Shown piece after piece: positions 59,401 to 64,000 of a stretch of DNA of 64,000 nt. The stretch spans positions 3,314 through 67,313 of the forward strand of contig DBDW01000001.1 in NCBI GenBank assembly GCA_002293825.1, given 5' to 3'. The notes beneath the pieces are model-generated. The model saw nothing but the letters and a program-made list of their open reading frames with translations, was not told the DNA's origin and made no database searches. Position 1 is the first letter of the stretch; every line of letters begins with the position of its first letter. Source of the DNA: Candidatus Magasanikbacteria bacterium UBA922 (lineage in GTDB: Bacteria > Patescibacteriota > Patescibacteriia > Magasanikbacterales > UBA922). The translations under genes were made by a program, and so were the position numbers.

Positions 59401-59763
59401 ATGTGTACACAATGTGAATCTGTAGAAAAACGCAAGGCACGCATCGCCTATGTCAAAAAAATGCTCATTATGGAATGTGGTGGTATACCACTTCCACCCT
59501 ATGCGACCAAGCTACTCTACATCGTTCTGAACAGAAAAGGACATATCGTAGAAATCAGGATCACCCACGCTACGACGTTCCAAGAAAAATCAACAAAAAA
59601 TCCTCCGAACAAAGATGGTGCACTGATCAACAGCATGTCGTCAGACGCACGGAGGAGGCTGTGCCCTCAATCCATCCTGCTCGCAGCGCGCGAGCTCTGG
59701 GACGGTAACGTCCAGGTACACGCTAAAAACCAGTCCGACGAAAATGTCTGGAGTGTGTACTAG
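59401..59763 (+). CDS. Hypothetical protein with N-terminal CxxC
   Basis: AGGAG SD before MCTQC; TTGACA upstream; terminator at ~59815-59848. Confidence 0.55.
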   Translation: MCTQCESVEKRKARIAYVKKMLIMECGGIPLPPYATKLLYIVLNRKGHIVEIRITHATTFQEKSTKNPPNKDGALINSMSSDARRRLCPQSILLAARELWDGNVQVHAKNQSDENVWSVY

Positions 59764-59879
59764 ACCTGAAAACCCACACAAGCTGTCGTGGAACCTTCCG
59801 CGACAGCTTCATACAAAAAGAGCGCTCTGTTACAGAGGGCTCTTTTTGTGCAATGTTTGCGTTATAAAAAAGAACAACC

Positions 59880-60611
59880 TTAATGAGCATTCGTATACAC
59901 CTCTTTCACATCATCGAGTTCATCAAGTGCCTCAAGCAATAATTCGAGCGCATGTACTTGTTCCTGAGACAATTCAACAACTTCCTTTGCTATCCACTCA
60001 AGTCCAGCACTATCAGGACTCACACCTGCATGGTGTAAAACCTCATTCATTGCTTGAAATTTTTCTTTAGGACCAATAAGTTCTACCCCATTTTCACTTT
60101 CACGAATATCGTCGACCCCCACATCCATAAGCGAAAGTTCAAGTTCTTCCCAGTTTTGTATTTCATTCTTCTTTTGAACACCAATTCGAAGCACTGCTTT
60201 ATACTCGAATTGCCACGCTACAGCACCCTTACTCCCGAGAGATCCTCCAGCCTTAGTAAATACATTTTTAATTTCAGTTAATGCACGATTACTATTGTCA
60301 GTTACCGATTCCACCATCACCGCTACTCCGCCCGGGCCATAGCCCTCATATACGAGTTCTTGCAACGCTGCACCATCCTTCAGCTCTCCTGTTCCTCGCT
60401 TAATCGCTCGATCGATATTGTCTTTCGGCATGTTTACTTCCTTTGCTTTATCGATTGCCAGACGCAATGAAAAATTCATATTTGGATCTCCTCCACCATT
60501 TTGAGCTGCCACCGTAATTGCTTTTGATACTTTGGTAAACGCACTTGCTTTTGCTTTGTCTGCCTTACCTTTTTTACCCTGTATATTGTGCCACTTTGAA
60601 TGTCCTGCCAT
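59880..60611 (-). CDS. yebC: YebC/PmpR family protein
   Basis: MAGHSKW, NMPKDNI.RAI, YEGYGPGG, TDN.NR; upstream of ruvC. Confidence 0.95.
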   Translation of the reverse strand: MAGHSKWHNIQGKKGKADKAKASAFTKVSKAITVAAQNGGGDPNMNFSLRLAIDKAKEVNMPKDNIDRAIKRGTGELKDGAALQELVYEGYGPGGVAVMVESVTDNSNRALTEIKNVFTKAGGSLGSKGAVAWQFEYKAVLRIGVQKKNEIQNWEELELSLMDVGVDDIRESENGVELIGPKEKFQAMNEVLHHAGVSPDSAGLEWIAKEVVELSQEQVHALELLLEALDELDDVKEVYTNAH

Positions 60612-60736
60612 AATAGGTAACAATAAGTATATTCAATAGTGAAATTGTAGCAAAAAAGCCCAAAAAAACAACCCCGAGACTTTACAAACCAGACGTCATA
60701 CGCTAGGATAATCTCACTTATATTTTATACATACCT

Positions 60737-61270
60737 ATGGAACAAAATGCATGGCATTCAGTCTCAATTGGAGAAAAATCTCCAGAAGTAGTACAGGCTA
60801 TTATTGAAATTTCAAAAGGGAGTAAAGGAAAGTTTGAACTCGATAAGGATTCAGGATTGATCAAACTTGATCGCGTACTCTTCTCAGCAGTTCATTACCC
60901 TACCAATTACGGCTTTATTCCTCAGACCTATTGCGAGGACGGAGATCCGCTCGACATTCTGGTCCTCACGACCGTCGACCTCCCTCCACTCTGCCTTGTC
61001 GAAGCAAAAGTAGTGGGAGTTATGGGAATGATTGATGGGGGCGAAGGGGATGACAAAATCATTGCTGTTGCAAAAGATGATCCAAACATGAAGCATATTA
61101 ATGAACTCGAAGACCTCCCACAACACACCCTCGACGAAATCAAACAATTCTTTGAAGAATACAAAAAACTTGAAAAGAAGACAGTCGAGGTCAAAGGGTT
61201 TGAAGGAAAAAAACGAGCACTCGAAGTGGTAGAAGAAAGTATTAAGCTCTATCAGAAAACATTCAAATAA
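60737..61270 (+). CDS. ppa: Inorganic pyrophosphatase (family I)
   Basis: YP.NYGFIPQT, DGDPLD, DDKII. Confidence 0.96.
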   Translation: MEQNAWHSVSIGEKSPEVVQAIIEISKGSKGKFELDKDSGLIKLDRVLFSAVHYPTNYGFIPQTYCEDGDPLDILVLTTVDLPPLCLVEAKVVGVMGMIDGGEGDDKIIAVAKDDPNMKHINELEDLPQHTLDEIKQFFEEYKKLEKKTVEVKGFEGKKRALEVVEESIKLYQKTFK

Positions 61271-61288
61271 GTTTCAGAACATGAACAC

Positions 61289-61318
61289 AAAAAACCTCCC
61301 ATTTCGGGAGGTTTTTTA
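61289..61318. terminator. Bidirectional terminator between ppa and rpoC
   Basis: AAAAAACCTCCC-atttc-GGGAGGTTTTTT. Confidence 0.8.
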
Positions 61319-61335
61319 ATGACATCATCAGATGT

Positions 61336-64000
61336 TTAACGCGCCACTTCTTCCGTATCAGTACCGATGGTAATCGCCTGTTCTTTGGTACCAGTTCCTG
61401 CAGGAATAAGTCGACCGATAATCACATTTTCTTTCAATCCTTCAAGGTGATCCATCTTACCAGTGATCGCAGCTGAGACAAGCACACGAGAAGTTTCTTG
61501 GAATGAAGCACTCGACAAGAATGACTGTGTGGTCAAAGAAATCTTACTAATACCCATAAGCATATCACGTCCACGGGCTGGTTTCTTTTTACCACTAATT
61601 TCTGCGTTCGCAAGCATCAGTTGTGATTTTTCCACCACTTCACCAGGGATAAGATCAGTGTCCCCCGCATCTTCAATAAATACACGTGAGAACATCTGCT
61701 TGATAATGATTTCAATATGTTTGTCATTCAAGCGCTGACCTTGTGATGCGTAAATTTCCTGGATTTCAGTAAGAACATATCGCTTTACTGCATCCTGACC
61801 TTTGAGATCAAAAAGTTCTTTCAAATCTACCGCTCCTTCAGTAAGTTGATCACCTTTTTGAATCACATCACCATCTTTCACCCACAATTTATATCCCAAT
61901 GGAACAATATATTCTTTGGTAGTCTTACCATCATAGATATAGTAGAGACGACTTCCGTCCACTCTCACTTTACCTGCAAATTCTACTTTCACTTCTTCTG
62001 AAGAAGAGCCTCGAACGATAAGCGTGTCACCTGCTGAAACTTTCTGTCCATCTGCAACTTTTACATCATCTTCACTATGAATTTCATACATTACCTCATC
62101 AATTCCATCATGGTGCACTTTGACAATTTTCTGTCCACGACGACCTTCAAAAATCTTTCGACCAGTTGGACCTGAAATAACCTTACCATCAGCATCTTCG
62201 ATCTCGACCGTACCTCCCACTTCTGAGAGCAATGCTTTACGCTTTGGAATGCGCGCTTCAAAAAGCTCTTCGACACGAGGAAGACCCTGTGTAATATCTC
62301 CACCTGCGACACCACCGAGGTGGAACGTACGCATGGTAAGCTGAGTACCAGGTTCACCGATTGATTGGGCTGCGATAACACCGACCGCTGTTCCCTTCTT
62401 CACGACGGTTCGATTTCCAAGATCATATCCATAACATTTTGCACAAATTCCTTTTGCAAGTTGACATTGCAATACAGATCGCACGTGCATCGCATTCACG
62501 TCATGTTTTTCAATTTCTCGAGCAGCGTGCTCATTTACCACATCACCCTTTTTCACCAATACCTCACCACCAACCACCACGTCTTCGAGTACGAATCGTC
62601 CCAATACACGTTCTGACAACGTTTCTCCCATCTGTTCTGATTGTTCTTTGGTAAATAGTTCACCTACCGTATCTCCACAATCTTCTTCACGTACAACTAC
62701 ATCCTGTGCCACGTCTACTAAACGACGAGTCAAATATCCTGCGTTTGCAGTTCGAAGTGCAGTATCTGACAAACCTTTTCGTACACCGTGACTTGAAATA
62801 AAGAATTCAAGAACATCAAATCCTTCCTTAAAGTTTCCTTTAACAGGGAGTTCGATAATATCTCCACTTGGTGACGCCACAAGACCTTTCATCGCAATCA
62901 CCTGTCCCAGCTGTGCCCATGAACCACGAGCACCTGAATCAATCATCGCAAACACAGACTGATCTTTGTTGAGTACTGTTTTACTATGTGAAAGCAATCC
63001 CTCTTTTGCTTCAGTCCAGATTTCGAGAATCTTTGCGTGTCGTTCTGAATCAGTCAACAAACCTTCGTTAAATTGTTCGTATACCAATTCTACTTTTTTA
63101 TCAGCCTCAGCCAATAATTCACGTTTGACTTCAATTGAAGGAAAATCATCTTTACCAAGCGAATGTCCAGATTTGGTCACATACTTGTATCCAAGTTCTT
63201 TGATCTTGTCCAAGTGATACGCGGTAGTTTCCTGACCATACAACTCGAGCAATGACTGAATAATATTACTCAAGTGTTTCTTAGTAATTGTTTCATTATA
63301 ATATGGAAGTTTTTCTGGCAATATTTCATTGAAGAAAATACGTCCAATCGATGTTTCCACTAGACTCTTAGTACCTTCAGGGAATTTTGCCATTTCAGAT
63401 TCACCCAATCGCACATTGATACGCTCTTTCAAGGTGATTTGTCGAGTTTTGTATGCGTACTTAGCTTCAGTAACATTCGCAAAATATTTCTTCACCTGTT
63501 CAGTATCAGTCTCACTATATTTGGTCAAATAATAACAACCAAGCGCAATATCCTGCTGCGGAGTAATTACCGGACTTCCAGTAGCTGGTTTCAACAAATT
63601 CTTCTCACTTGCCATCAAATTTTCAGCTTCCCATTTCGCCTGCTCTGATAATGGCAAATGTACCGCCATCTGGTCTCCGTCGAAGTCAGCGTTAAACGCT
63701 GGACATACAAGTGGATGAAGACGAATTGCTTTACCTTCGACCAATCGTGGTCTGAATGCTTGAATACCAAGACGATGCAAAGTAGGCGCGCGATTCAAAA
63801 GAACACGAGTTTTCTTGGTCAATTCTTCGAGAATATCCCACACTTCCGGTGCATTACTTTCAATAAATCGTGATGCACTTCTCACATTATGTGCAAGTTC
63901 TCGTTTGATGATTTCAGCCATGATAAACGGCTTGAACAATTCAAGTGCAATCGTTTTTGGTAATCCACACTCATCAATCTTCAGTGTAGGACCTACCACA
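61336..64000 (-). CDS. rpoC: RNA polymerase beta' subunit (5' part outside window)
   Basis: NRAPTLHR, NADFDGD, GEPGTQLTMRTFH, GLKENVIIG. Confidence 0.99.
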   Translation of the reverse strand, partial: VVGPTLKIDECGLPKTIALELFKPFIMAEIIKRELAHNVRSASRFIESNAPEVWDILEELTKKTRVLLNRAPTLHRLGIQAFRPRLVEGKAIRLHPLVCPAFNADFDGDQMAVHLPLSEQAKWEAENLMASEKNLLKPATGSPVITPQQDIALGCYYLTKYSETDTEQVKKYFANVTEAKYAYKTRQITLKERINVRLGESEMAKFPEGTKSLVETSIGRIFFNEILPEKLPYYNETITKKHLSNIIQSLLELYGQETTAYHLDKIKELGYKYVTKSGHSLGKDDFPSIEVKRELLAEADKKVELVYEQFNEGLLTDSERHAKILEIWTEAKEGLLSHSKTVLNKDQSVFAMIDSGARGSWAQLGQVIAMKGLVASPSGDIIELPVKGNFKEGFDVLEFFISSHGVRKGLSDTALRTANAGYLTRRLVDVAQDVVVREEDCGDTVGELFTKEQSEQMGETLSERVLGRFVLEDVVVGGEVLVKKGDVVNEHAAREIEKHDVNAMHVRSVLQCQLAKGICAKCYGYDLGNRTVVKKGTAVGVIAAQSIGEPGTQLTMRTFHLGGVAGGDITQGLPRVEELFEARIPKRKALLSEVGGTVEIEDADGKVISGPTGRKIFEGRRGQKIVKVHHDGIDEVMYEIHSEDDVKVADGQKVSAGDTLIVRGSSSEEVKVEFAGKVRVDGSRLYYIYDGKTTKEYIVPLGYKLWVKDGDVIQKGDQLTEGAVDLKELFDLKGQDAVKRYVLTEIQEIYASQGQRLNDKHIEIIIKQMFSRVFIEDAGDTDLIPGEVVEKSQLMLANAEISGKKKPARGRDMLMGISKISLTTQSFLSSASFQETSRVLVSAAITGKMDHLEGLKENVIIGRLIPAGTGTKEQAITIGTDTEEVAR

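Noticed and set aside
1-64000. Alternative genetic code (UGA=Gly, as in Gracilibacteria/SR1)
   Set aside because: Conserved genes are full length in code 11, and TGA ends pyrB, tyrS and gpmI copy 2 at expected positions

Overview
64 kb of a small-genome bacterium using genetic code 11. Gene content (tandem gpmI, degenerate DHH protein, SD-less core genes) points to Patescibacteria/CPR, probably Parcubacteria; this is inference. Most of the window is housekeeping: rpsL-rpsG-fusA, rpmB, tRNA/rRNA modification genes (trhO, tgt, queA, rlmH), ndk, argS/tyrS/valS, a glycolysis cluster, ruvC, yebC, ppa and the 3' part of rpoC. It also holds tRNA-Pro(GGG), RNase P RNA and a compact 6S-like RNA. An accessory defence island (~21.0-34.8 kb) is built on a type I R-M system interleaved with a Fic protein, a frameshifted PemK-like toxin, membrane proteins, a DpnI-like and three other nucleases, and DinD. 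Strongest leads: (i) an FtsZ paralogue that has lost the GTP-binding motifs but keeps the T7 catalytic loop; (ii) a PemK-like toxin with no protein antitoxin that converges on a ~60-nt RNA with its own promoter and terminator; (iii) a four-helix-bundle gene bracketed by inverted 9-mer arrays, with gene-less 7-mer arrays at other junctions; (iv) a TGT lacking its Zn-binding cysteines. All calls are by eye from motifs; no searches or folding programs were run.
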